From contig JALDTO010000207.1 of assembly GCA_023515725.1 (NCBI GenBank), forward strand, positions 175,343 to 239,342: DNA of 64,000 bases, given 5' to 3'. The DNA comes from Amoeboaphelidium protococcarum X5. Taxonomy: Eukaryota > Fungi > Aphelidiomycota. This document shows, piece after piece, positions 51,399-64,000 of the stretch (position 1 is its first letter; the number at the start of each line of letters is the position of its first letter). The position numbers and the translations under genes were made by a program. The notes beneath the pieces are model-generated. The model was not told where the DNA came from. It did no database searches and worked only from the letters and a program-made list of their open reading frames with translations.

Positions 51399-51523
51399 TT
51401 ATCAAATGTATTCAGTGGTTTTCGATATGAGCTTGTTATTATGAATCAACAAGATAATATTTGCAGATTACGAGTTTAAGATTTCACAGATAGAGATTAT
51501 TAGTAGTGTAATCATTCATTCAT

Positions 51524-52216
51524 TCATTCTTCGAGTAGTAGAAAATGCTATCGGTAAAATCTCAACTCTTCAATACTTTCTAGAATGTCATCGATGGCGC
51601 GATGAGTGTTGCGCTTCTTGGGAGCTTGCTTGTACACGCGCTCATTCCACATTCGACACAGTTCCTTCACCGCTGAAACGTCAATCATTCGATAGTGCAG
51701 CATCTCGTCCACCCGCGGAAAGAACCGTTTCAGAAACACTCGATCGGCATGGATAGAGTTGCCACACAGCAGTGGTCTGGTGTTTCTCGCGTGATTGACA
51801 CTGTTGTTGTCGCCGGCAGCATCTTGTTGACGAGGGAAAAACTTTTGCATAAAGCGTTCGAGCAACCATCCCGCACTTTAAAGGTCGATGGTGGACCGGT
51901 TGATCGCATCAATAAGACCACTCTGTGTGTGCGTTCTTCTGCACCAATCAGTATATTTCCCTTAGCTATCTACATCTAATGGCATTAATTTATCCATTAG
52001 AGCAGTTTCATAGTGGATGACCAGATGAAAGTAATGATAATCTCCCTCCGCGTCGTACTTGATGTCCATTCGATCAGACACGTCGCGAGATTCATTAGGC
52101 ATTGGTAGTGGCTTTAACTGTTCATTAGTTACCAGCACGCAAACTTCGAGCACCTGATCCACATCAATATTCAAACCAGTCATTTCGATGTCCATCCAAA
52201 CTAACATTTTTGCCAT
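51524..52216 (-). CDS. REX2: Oligoribonuclease (Rex2/REXO2)
   Basis: [59 protein letters not shown]. Confidence 0.93.
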
Positions 52217-52282
52217 ATTTTTATTAAATCAGATTATAATTTTTCAGTCTCTTTCTTCAAAGAATGAATACGTTAATTTAAA

Positions 52283-52989
52283 ATGGAAAAATAGTAAACA
52301 GCCAAGAATTAGGAAGCAACAGTGTATGTTGGTAATTTGGATGAACGCGTTAATGATGCTATTCTTTGGGAACTCTTTCTGCAGGTGGCTCCAGTGAAAA
52401 AGGTGTATATGCCCAAAGATCGACTGGCTTCAAATCATCAAGGCTTTGGATTCGTCGAATTTTACCAGGAGCGGGATGCTGAATACGCTGTTAAGATTAT
52501 GAATCTGGTCAGAGTCTGGGGTAAGCCGATTAGAGTGAATAAAGCGACATCGGATAAGAAGAATCTGGATGTGGGTGCTAATCTGTTTGTGGGCAATCTG
52601 TCGCATGAGGTTGACGAATCAGTGCTGTATGACACATTCAGCAGTTTTGGAAAGATCATTCACGCGCCTAAAATCGGCCGGGATGAGGCGGGCAATTATA
52701 AGGGATTTGGATTTGTTAGTTTCGATAGTTTTGAGTCTAGTGATATGGCTATTGCTGCTCTCAATGGGCAGTGGCTCAACAACCGTCAAATTACCGTGTC
52801 ATACGCGTTCAAGAAAGACGGTCGTGGAGAACGACACGGCACGGCTGCAGAGAGACTATTGGCGGCATAGTAGAAGAAATCGTCTGCAGAGAGAGCCTAA
52901 GCCGCAAAGAATCTTCTACCATAAATGCCTGTATTAGCATCAAATCCTTAAAATTCCCTTTAATAACCGCAATTTGTTCAGAGACCTGT

Positions 52990-53020
<31 letters not shown>
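52283..53020 (+). CDS. SF3B4: U2 snRNP splicing factor SF3B4/Hsh49
   Basis: [12 protein letters not shown], two RRMs, [35 protein letters not shown]; ends (TAA)9 TGA. Confidence 0.95.
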
Positions 53021-53093
53021 ATTTGAAGCTGAAAGTTTGTAATAGCTAAAAATGATGTTGTCAGTATACTGTAGATCACACACTTTCAGAGAT

Positions 53094-56000
53094 TCAATCT
53101 TACACTTCATAAACTTCATCAATGACACTTTCTTCAGCAGCTGTTTACAATACTGTTGATCCACCGCCGTTCTAAATTATCTGTGATGGCACATGTTCAG
53201 GATGCAGAATGTAGCATTTAACATCCATAGGCATCTTTCCTTCGACATTCAGCTTCACGCGAATTCTGTCCAAAATCTTCAAAGTCTAAACAAGTCCCGA
53301 CTCCACTTGGCTATCAATAACCGTTAGAACACCATCAGATGATTTTTCAACTTTAAACTTCTTCACATCATAGCGTTTACTGTAAGGAGGAAGATTCTTA
53401 TACAGCTTTGGCCATGTAAGTTCAATCTCAGTCTACGCAGTGTTGACACGACTCTATATCACGCCAAAGTCTTCAATATACACCTTCCGGTTGAAAGCGT
53501 ATTTAGGAACAAAGACATCAATACTATGATCGCCAATATCCATCACCACGGCATCTTCAATGACAGTGCCAATCTTGTCACACAAATTCTTCAAATACAC
53601 ACATAGGTACAATTTAAGTGAATCATCCTGAGACTCTCTAGCATCTTCCTTTTTAACATTACAACGCTTGGCCGCTTGCTCAACTTAAGTAGGAGTAATT
53701 GGAGGTTTCTACGCGTCACTTATGGCAGCCATCAACTGACGATGTACCACCACATCAGCATATCTTCTGATCGGCGATGTGAAATGAGTGTACAAGTCAC
53801 AGCTTAGAGCATAGTGGCGCCATCGCTCTCTATTATCTGCAAACTACCCAGTGGAAAAGTAGATAGCTCTCTGCATTGGCTTGATAGCAAGCAGTTGAAA
53901 TATAGCTCTCTTCTCTGGATCTGAGATACCTTAAATCGACTTTTGCAAATCTCCAGCGGAGGAAGCCGTGATACTTACCTACATCTTATCCGCAAACTTC
54001 ATAAACTCCTTCATTGTACGTCCGTTGGGTGGTGGATGACAACGCAGCAAGGACGCATTGGGATAAGTCTCACTAATCTTCTGTGCAACACTCATGTTAG
54101 CCAACAGCATGAATTCTTCAATCAGTCGATTACTATCTTTCAACTGATAAACATGACAGTCAACAGGATTCTTATCTTGATCCAGCCTGAAGGTCAACTT
54201 TGGCTAATTAATAGTAAGAGCACCGCAATCGAAGCGACGCTTCCTTAGAATAAGAGACAACTTGTGAAAGATCTTCACGTCATTCATGATAGCATGCTGC
54301 ATCTACTCACCACCTTCTACAGGATAACTCAGAGTCGCATCCGCCCAACTTTGACCATCAATGATATTCTATGCCTTTTCATAACTCAACTTGGCACAAG
54401 ATCTAATGATAGATTTTCCGAACCAAGTATCCACAATCTAGGCATCTTGGGTCATAGTCCACATCACTGAAAACGTAAGCCGTTCCACATGAGGATTGAG
54501 ACTGCATAAATCTTCACACAACACTGAGGGCAGCATAGGATAAGCACGATCTACCATGTACGTTGTTGTGGCACGATTTAAAGCTTCTCTATCCAACGCA
54601 GAGTCGGGCTAAATGAAATGACTAACATCGGCAATATGGACACCGACCAGCAGATTACCATCAGGTAGGGTCTCACACGATACGGCATCATCCAAGTCTT
54701 TAGCAGTCTCCGGATCAATGGTGAAAACTCGCTTCAACCTCAAATCCCTACGTCCTTGTATCTCTTCCTCAGGAATAACAAAAGGCAGAAAGGGAAGACA
54801 CTTCAACACTTCTGAACTAAAATCTCTGACATTGATGTTATGATTTTCTAATATTGCAGTCGATTCGGCCTTCACTTCACCCAAATGTCCAATGAACTTT
54901 ACAAATTCAGCAAGTGGAGATGTACTAGACTCTTTCCATTGCACAAGCCTCACAACACACAGCTAATCCTTATAATTCTCCCTATTCGTAAAATAGTCTT
55001 AAGGAATCTTTTCAGTTCTAACTGTAAACAGAGGACAATTATTGTCACTTGGTTTGAATCTAACAAATTGCGAACTACCGCTGACTTTTCCTTTCTAAGA
55101 CTCTTTTTACTTGGCATTATTACTTTTACCATCTTTCGTGTCCACAGCGGTCTTACTATCCGGTTTCTACCCTTTTTCTTCCATCAACTCGTCATCAGAT
55201 TACAAATCCTCCCAATCTCCGTCATCGTCATCGGCATCTTCATCCACTGCAGAAGATTCTTCATCAGCGCTCTCGTCTACACCTTCAATAGTCGCGGTGG
55301 CAGAATAAGGCAAATTCTGTTAAGGAGAAGAAGAAGACTAATCAACAGCATCATCCTGCAAGATAATACCGGAATATAAAAATCCAGGTCTTTAAGAAAT
55401 AATACCAACCACTCTGCCAACTCTAACAAGGCCAGAATCAGCATCATCATCCAAACTAATATCATCCAACTCAAGATCAATGTCAGCTTCATCCTACAAT
55501 GCCCCACCATTAGCTTCAGATGCCACTCTATGATCCACGTCAGTATCACGGACAGCTATAGGAGAATCATCAGATTGAGGAAATGGATTAAAAGATCTCT
55601 AAGTATCGTCCACTTCAGACTTTTGACCACTAGCAACACCATTACCCACTAGCTTTGAGTAAACAACAAAGAACTAAGAAGCATTGCGTACCTTTTTCAA
55701 CTCTGCTCTCTCAACCTCACCCAGAAACTCAATGGCAACAGTATCCCCGTTGAATGCACGATTCCTGTCCAACATACCTTGCACCAAAAAGTCTTACTCA
55801 TAGCCGTCCACAGTCACATAGGCATTGTACCTATTGCGCTTGTTAATTCTGATAATACCAAACTGCAATTTGTTCAAATTCTTCAGCTGTTTACACTCTT
55901 TGATACTCAAATGATCTGCATATATTTAACGTCTGCTCTTACTCTTAGACTTGGCCTGCTGTTTAGTATCACCGTTCTACCGAGAGTTCTTGGACGTTTA

Positions 56001-56447
56001 AGCACTTCTGTCATTCTTGCCATTGGACTTGACAGTGCTTATACTGTCTCCGCCACTTTAATTGGCTTTCACACTACTATTACTACTTTTCATTCTACTT
56101 GGATCTACTTGATTTACATCATTATCACTCTTTTTTAAGCCAGGCAAATGCTTCAAGACTTCTCTAACCCACGGATATTCATCAACCGGAACCAGCGTGG
56201 AAGTACTCTATTATGTGCTAATCTAGCCATTACCACTACCAACACCTGTTTTCTTATTCTAATACTATTATTATTACTTCTTATTCCTACTACTATTAGA
56301 GTTCTTCTTATGACTATGCGTATGAGAGACTCCATTCTAAGGGGGAGGAACTTTACTATAATCCTTCTACCCACTGCCAACACTATTTCCAGACTAAGAC
56401 ATACCACGCCTCTAAGTACCCTGATCCGATTCCAACTATAAAGTCAT
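53094..56447 (-). CDS. DIS3L2: DIS3-like exonuclease 2 (RNB domain), 1117 aa
   Basis: [67 protein letters not shown]; low-complexity N-terminus, no PIN domain. Confidence 0.88.
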
Positions 56448-56770
56448 CTATGATAAAGACTATAATATTCCAATATAGAGCTTCCAATAATGAATTAGAA
56501 ACAACGACGATGACAATTCGTCAGCGATCGGGAAAGTAGAACGCGAGAACTCGTTTCACTCTGGGCGATCTCTAAACGCGTAACTTTCAACAAAGATCAA
56601 AGCAAAGAGCATGATATACATTAAGATGTGATAAGACAAGTAAAAGATGCATTGCACCTGATTCTTTATCCATTGAGTTTATTTATATTTATTTTTGTAT
56701 GAATATAAGTGTATATATATATAGGTATCTTCTAAGATGATATAGTAATTCAACCACCCGCACCACCTTC

Positions 56771-59194
56771 TCACACCTGATCATCATTACCACGAATTCT
56801 CTGCTTCTCAAAGAAAGGCATCTCCAGAATGTCCATGATGTGCTAATCAGTAGACTTACAGTTTGGACATGGATCGCTGAAGCAGGAATTGTAGACAAGG
56901 GCGTTGAATCCTTTCTTTATCTCGTTGAGGTCTTTGTCGCCATCTTCTCGGTAGTGAAAGACAAAGTTCAGTATCAATAGATCCATGTCGTTGGCCATGT
57001 ACAGTTTCAATCTCTTGTACCACAGCGGCCACTTGTCAGGATGGGTTCCCACCTCCTGAGTCTTGACAAAATGACTCTTGATTGCACTGATTGTATCATG
57101 CAACTACTGCTACATCTCCGGCGTCATGTACTCGATTCCAACCATCATCACAAGCACATTATAGTAATCTCTAAGCCGTTTAAACCATGACTGCTCACCA
57201 GTGGGTACTTTTGAGTTTTCAGTCAGCTTTTCAAAATTGGTCATCACCTGATCAAAGTTGCTATCACGCAACATGGACATGCCCAGGTAGCGAAGATCGG
57301 ACAAAGCGTGCACATTATCCTTCTTGAAGAATTTACCAATGCGCTCTGTGTGCGTCTGAGAAGGTGAAAACTTCTACTAGCGAACAATAGATGACCTGCC
57401 AAAGTCGATTATAATAGGCTCGTAAAATCGCGACTTCCAAGGATGGACTAAAAATTTCTTACTAATGCGCTATTACTAGTTTACGTTAGGCGCGGAATTA
57501 GAGCTACTACTACCAGCAGCGCCGGAACCACCAGCACTGCCGCTACTACCACCGCGCGAACTGCTACTACCACTCTACAGTAATTTTCTAGCAAACTTGC
57601 TTAAAAAAGGCTGCGTGTTAACATTAGACACTTCGTTATCAGAATTCATAAATGAAGTAATTCTTTTCTAACTGCTTTTTTTACCATCTTCTTTAGGCAC
57701 GAACACGGGCTCTTCTTCAACTTCGAAAGCTTCTTACTACGGTAGTGGATTATGAACACCTTCAAACGCTCTTCCATGCACATCCTACCTACCGCGTCCA
57801 ATATTGACGCGAAGACTCTCCATCATTCCAGTCATACCGCCAAGATCCTCACTGTAATCAAAATTAAGTATCAATGAAGTCAACTTCTACTAATCCGCGT
57901 CTGACTTAACCAACATGATATTAAACGATGTCATATCACCATGCAAAAATTACAGCTTATTTGACGCGTAAAATAACGAGCTCAGCACCTACAGTAGAAC
58001 AGCAGCAGGCATATCAAGGAAATGGTATCTAAGCCACCTATCCGCCGAAATTGAGAACTCTTCAAGCGATCTCATCTCCAAATCGCCCATACGATTCAAG
58101 TATGATTACAATAGGAGGCCATTTGAATTCGGGCTCAACTGCTCGGTAACAATAAAAAGCTTAGCGGGATGAGAATTTTTAAAATTACTGACATCCTGTT
58201 GGAACTTCTTGATTTGCTCTACCACTTTCTTATAATCAATATCCTTCTAATCATCAATACTCTACTTGATTAAGGACTCCATCTGCTCCTAGAATATTTT
58301 CAAAAATACTCCAACAACATTATTAATGCCGAAAACAAAATCCAACGTCTTCACGAAGCCAACATATCGCACGCTCACGCTTTTACCATCAGCAGAAGGC
58401 ATTGTGTACAACTTCTAGTTATCCACTAGATCATTTATGTGAAAGCCAATCGACACCTCATCCAAACCATTACTGTACTTTGACGGCTCTTTACCCATCT
58501 TCACCTATTCTGAATTCGGATAAGTCTGCACCTTGATCACTGCGAGCTTTCCGTCCACATGGTGCCAAGTGCCGCTATGATACTTGCGCAAGATCTTTCC
58601 ATCATTATCATAATCGAACCCGATATTACCTTAAACTTCGGACACCACGCGGACATTCTTCATTATAAAACACGTCTTTCGGACGCTGAGAGCCTTCAAG
58701 ACATTCTTCTACAAATGTACGAGATCTTACATTATAATAGGATAAGGATCGTAAGCGGAGAAAAGAGCGGTAGCAATGGTCTAAGTGGCCACAGGAAACT
58801 AATTATACATAGACGGACTAGAGGAGTCGTGAATTCTCTGCATCAAATCTATCCATAATTACTCATACTAATACGCGTCGCGCGGGTCAAATCCATTATC
58901 AATCAGATCACGCAGGTCAATCGAATCGCTATCACCGCCATACAAATTTCTAAAGACTTATGTTCCAGTAGGACAGAAGGTGAATCGAGAGAAGGCGCTA
59001 GTAGGTGTGAACAGTAATTAGTGCGCGTTAGAGCGGACATTATCAGGCCTCACTCCGCATTAAAGAGTCTCCTATCTTCCGTTTATATTTGCCTTGTACT
59101 AATAAGCATCTTAGGGAGGACGTCTAGCAAAAAACATCGCTTGAAGATGCGGTGCACACACGAGTGTTAAAAACAATATATATTGATGCACCAT
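56771..59194 (-). CDS. Atypical (haspin-like) protein kinase with predicted signal peptide, 807 aa
   Basis: MVHQYILFLTLVCAPHLQA; LAVIK; LDEVSIG; LLQVLSSLFYASNKLQFLHGDMTSFNIML; IIIDFGRS; no in-frame TGA. Confidence 0.7.
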
Positions 59195-59505
59195 CGCGCT
59201 TTCTATGAGGTGGTATCAATAAGCTCGTTTAAGAAGAGCAGTGTTTACTACCTATTGACGGTGAAGGAATTGAGGATCAATCAAAATTCCTCAAATACCA
59301 CCGCGAAATCAGGGGAGTTACTCGTTGTTCGGTTCGCGCTCATTTACACACAATTGTGGGTACCCCGTAAGTTCAATTACTACTGTTGTACTACAAGGTG
59401 GAGTGAGGGGTTTGAATCGGAATTTAAAATTCTTATAAATGACGTAGCGCTTTTTGAAGGAAAAATATTACTGCGATAGTGTATACTTTAATTTCAATAT
59501 CATTG

Positions 59506-60283
59506 TCAACATGCGTTTGATATTATGAAATTTCGCGGATCACCTTGATCGGGCACTTCAGAGTGATGCGGTAACACCGGTCGTAGATTTTCATGATGCA
59601 GATGAGGTAAATGTTATCGAATTACTCTATCCAGCTCTTCATACAGCAATTGATTACCAATTTGGGAGAAATGCAAGCCATCAGTAAAGAGATCGCGAGG
59701 TGGACCATCATAATACTAAAAGGCTTTGAGCAGATTCACAGTCGCGCTAACTTGAGAAGTTAAATCCATGCAAGCGTGAGAGTACAATGCAGTGTTAGTA
59801 TTTGATCTGTCACATACTTTACCCTAACTATTTCGGTAAGCGGTCCATTGCGCTTCATCAAACAACGTTGGGCTGATTAATATGACTTCGGAGCGTGGGA
59901 GCTTCAGTTTGACTCGATCAATCATAAATTTTAAATTATCTTTGTAAAGCTGAACGGATACATGTTGCTTGGACTACCCATTAGGCAAGTTTGGAAGGAC
60001 AGCATCATTAGTTCCAATGAATATGATGACCAGATGGACATTATTTAAATCCTTGAGTAGATAATCAATGACGCAGCGAAGCCATTCCGAGTTATAGCCA
60101 CCATACCCGTGATTTATAATTTGAGCTTTCCTAACATAATCATTTGCCATTAGAGATCCCCAACCGCCAGTATTCACGTCGAAAGAGCGCTACATGCACT
60201 AAGGTTTATGCTATCCGATTCACTAAGTATTAATGTTATATTACTTGTGTTAATGAATCGCCAATTAATAAAATCTATCTCAT
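59506..60283 (-). CDS. IAH1: SGNH hydrolase, isoamyl acetate-hydrolysing esterase; intron 60190-60244
   Basis: IGDSLTQ, GGWG, GYGGYNSEW, FIGTNDA, QHVS, DGLHFS. Confidence 0.9.
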
Positions 60284-60441
60284 ACAGTAGTTAGATGTTC
60301 CTTCATTCAAGTGATCGCGATAACCAAAAAACAAAGATACAAGACTGCTTTCGAACTAAAATTCATAGTTTATTGGATATGTATATATATCCTTATCACG
60401 TTCCACTCAGAAGGTACTCAAACCTATATATTAACCGCCAC

Positions 60442-63400
60442 TCACTTCTTAATCCCCAGACTTCCCATTCTACCGGCAATCTCATCAGTGCCCGCTGTGT
60501 TCTTCTGCAAGACATTCTAAGGCAGATCTTGATTGTTTTTCACCTGTCCATTTCCTGCTCCGTTGACTTCATTCAAAGCACTCAACTTCTTAAAGTATGG
60601 TGCCATAAACTCAAAGAATGCAAACTGACCAGGCTCCAGACCAAATTTGTAAACAAAACGACTTGCCAGATAACTACCAAAGATTGCACGCACGTAATTC
60701 TCAGGCACACGACGAATCAGCTACTCCAGGCCAACTTTCTCCAGCAACAACTTTGGGAACGCTTCACTCAAAATTAACTTTCTCAACGGCAGATCATCCC
60801 ACAAAGAAGTTCTCTGCAACTGCTCGTTCAAGCGCACAATGGCAAAAGACAATTCATCCGACAGGATAGATCTTGGTGTTCCACTGCGCTCATGTTCGCG
60901 CCAAATAGCTTCAAACTCGAGCTCAGCATTCTTCTCAATGATGGACTGCACCGACTTGACGTATTCCTGATAAAAGGATGGAATGACCTTAGTAACAGTA
61001 CCATCAGGTTTCTTCTCAGTGTGCACTTGCATCAGGTCAGCAAACTCCTCATCAGTCAAAGATAAGGCAGCCAACACCTCCAAACTACTACTAGTGACAC
61101 CACCCTTGTTAGCACTAGCGTCCTTGAAAATAACAACACCAGCCTTCTCTAGACGCAGACGAGCCTCCTGAGTAAAGAATAGATTAGCACCCTCAACAAC
61201 GTACTTGAAGCGGCTTCTACCGTCCTAGTTCAACAATAGAGTCACATTAGACAGATCAACAGCCTCAGGGCGACCACCGCAAGGCACAAAGAAATCACTC
61301 TCCACCAGCTTGTCTAAATGGAACTCATTTCTAAACTTCAGACCATTATCGATAACAAATCCACCCAGAGCATCAGGAATCTTGACTCCATTTTCTTCAA
61401 TCAGCACACGGAAACCGTTAGGACCCAACTTGCTCACATCAAAATGAGATATCATTTGTCTAGCATTCGCCAATCTCAAAATCTCATCGCGATTCAACCC
61501 ATCACGATCATAAATGACACCACTTCCATCAACAATGCCCACAGTTTTATCCTTGGATATCTTGATCTCATTCGACCCCAAATCACCATCCGGACCACCA
61601 GTCTAAAACTTGGTAATCTACTCTTCTTTCATACCCAACTTGCGCAAAATACCCAACACATATTGATGCACGGAGCGAGTGGTCATACCGTACAAATCGT
61701 GCGGAATTCCACCCAAAGACTGAGACTTTCCAGTAGTAAAAGCCTTCCAAAACTGAGCTCCGCGACTCTAAGCATGCAGAGACGCCCAATCCATGAAATC
61801 AGCAGTTCCTTCATCTGGTCCCAAAAAAAGCATTTCAGGCTTCTCATACAAGTCAACAATGCGCTCCTTGATGCCAGGTGAATTGCCAACAATTAGCAAG
61901 TCGAGCATAGAATCAACATACTTTTCAAATGCTACTTTAGGCTTGTCTTACTGATCAATGTCCAGCAAAATCGTTCCCTTAGATCCACCTTCAGGAATAT
62001 CCTTGTTCTTTCTCTGCTGCGTGCTGGCCAAGCTGTAATTTTCATCAAACAGGGATCTCAAGTTGATACTGTAAGCCTCTCTATTACGACTTCTGATGAT
62101 ACGGATGCCGCCTCTGGCAACGTCTCTGAATCTGATATGGAACCCACGGAACTCTGATCCGATAACAATGAACAGACCATACGGCTTCATCGGGTACTCA
62201 ACCTCAGGCAGGAAGGCGGGATCCATACGGAAGGACAGAGCGACTTTGGTAGGCTAATAGAAGTTGGTCTTCAGCACATGAGTATTGAAAGCGAGGAACG
62301 ATTCAAAGACCATCTACTCGTGCTAATTAGCCACCGTACGCTTGATCTTGTCAATGAGCTCAGGAGCAGTCAGAGGGCGATCACTCTACAGACGCTGCAG
62401 TGACAAAGTTGGCTTGGCTGTATTACCTGTCTGGCCAATGTAGTGCGTGACGGCAAAATTCACATACAAAGCCTTCAACAACTCGGGGTAATTCTTGATA
62501 ATGTCCAGAATGTACTCACGAGTAAATGTATCCTGTCTCAAGCGCTTCTTCATCTTTCCCAAAACTTCGGCATGAATAGGATTACTCTTAATGTCCAGAG
62601 CATTGGCCAAAGACGTAAACTCTGATCCCAATCTATTCAAAAAATGCTGCGCAAAGATCCAACCGACATAGCCATAAATTGTCTCCTACACAGATAGTTA
62701 CCCGGTCTGGAAGAAGTTCTGCAGCGGAGTATGAGGAAGACAATAGAGCAATGACGCCTCTTTGATCACCTGATAAATAGACTGCTCAATTGGCACTCCC
62801 TTAGATGATGATGCTAGAGGGTTCAAATACAAACTAACGACGGTAACTCCATTGGAAAACTGTTCCACATACTTACGAGTTGAGTACAGATCATAGTAAT
62901 GATAGAGATCACTCAGAGCACTGAAGAAGGACTTTGTGGTGCGCTGGCGATAACCAATTACCAAACGCTTCTCGCGACTTCCCTCAATCTCATACATCTC
63001 AATTACAAGACCAGTTCTCTCCAACACACGACGAATCACAGACTCATAAACATTTAGAGTGTGCTAGCTGGCCTTACTCAGAAAAGTCTTGTCACCAATC
63101 ATCTAAATGTTGGTCTCCTCCTCCTTGGTCGGTTCCGGCTTCACAAAGTCACAGCGAGCAATGAAATAGCAACGCAGCTGAGTCTAGTTGGCAGAGCTGA
63201 CGGTTCCGAGAGAGCGATAAGTCTCCAAACGATAAGCCTTGGCTTTAGTAGATCCATCGAGGTACTTGGCATCAATTTTGCGTTCGTGCGCAGGGCCATT
63301 TGTTTGACTCACACCAGGAGTTGATGTGTGAATGTAGATGGCAGCATCATCAGTCTCACGTTCCAAATTGATATCAAGCACATTATCGTTCTTAATATAG

Positions 63401-63747
63401 GCGAAGATCTTGGCTCCATACAACGCAATGATATGATTGGCAATATTCTCAACAGACTCCAACTTGAAATACATGTCATCAATGCCAAGATTGCCATAAA
63501 ACCATGCAGTTTCATTATGCACCAGCTCTCTCGGAATAAATCCCTTATCCTCGATGGCCTTGCACACCTTCAACATTTAATCGTTCTTCCCTTCATACAC
63601 AGTCTCAGCATACCCAGTAATCTCCTAACTACTTATGCGGTGATAAGTAGAGTTGACAGATTCCACAGAGGACGAACGATTCTTAGTCTCCAGAGACGGA
63701 GCAGCAGCAGGCTTCAGAGGCTGCACACTTTAAGGTAAATTTGACAT
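60442..63747 (-). CDS. GDH2: NAD-specific glutamate dehydrogenase (large fungal type), 1101 aa
   Basis: WFYGNLGIDD, KTNFYQPTKVALSFR, FRGFHIRFRDVARGGIR, QQRKNKDIPEGGSKG, FQTGGPDGDLGSNE, FVPCGGRPE, ANKGGVTSSSLEVL. Confidence 0.97.
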
Positions 63748-64000
63748 TTCTTAAAAGGACAGATATGAAATATTTTAATACACACGTAACAGTAAAATTC
63801 GCAATTAGTAAAGCAATAGGCTATTCTAAAGCACTTGTATGCAGTAGTTACAAGGTGGAGCAGGAGATTTATTCTGTACTGTGTGTGAGAGAGAAAAGAT
63901 GACGAGAACTTTCGGCGTTTGAAAGACCTCTGGTGTAAAGAAAACTTACTATCTATTTCGTGTGTTTGATGTGTGCAACGCGCGATCATAATTTCTGTTT

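Noticed and set aside
60295-63738. Long plus-strand ORFs over GDH2
   Set aside because: Antisense shadows of a conserved, codon-biased gene.
1-64000. Widespread pseudogenisation suggested by fragmented ORFs
   Set aside because: Interruptions are TAA/TAG in frame, with motifs intact and no frameshifts; recoding explains them.
1-64000. tRNA or rRNA genes
   Set aside because: GTTCGA hits (e.g. 1097, 33801) lack cloverleaf context; no rRNA-like sequence seen by eye.

Overview
Compact, intron-poor eukaryotic (fungus-related) genomic DNA with about 38 protein-coding genes. The supplied ORF track is fragmented because this genome reads TAA and TAG as Gln and uses only TGA as stop (translation table 6). 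Read that way, the fragments join into long ORFs that end in TGA, and TAR codons sit at conserved Gln positions. A fungal-type gene set (PRM1, Hst3/4-like sirtuin, large NAD-GDH) combined with this code points to an aphelid such as Amoeboaphelidium protococcarum; this is inference. Most of the window is housekeeping genes. The standout is a ~4.4 kb DNA transposon between RPN9 and a LITAF gene. It carries an intact 1179-aa Dada/DUF6729-type DDE transposase, has no terminal inverted repeats and has candidate 7-8 bp target duplications. Both subterminal regions contain short hairpins with variable stems but conserved loops. Also notable: a signal-peptide-bearing atypical haspin-like kinase, a secreted GH5, a mucin-like surface receptor, PRM1 and a shortened kinesin-2. 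Coordinates were derived by hand; I did not check every long ORF codon by codon.
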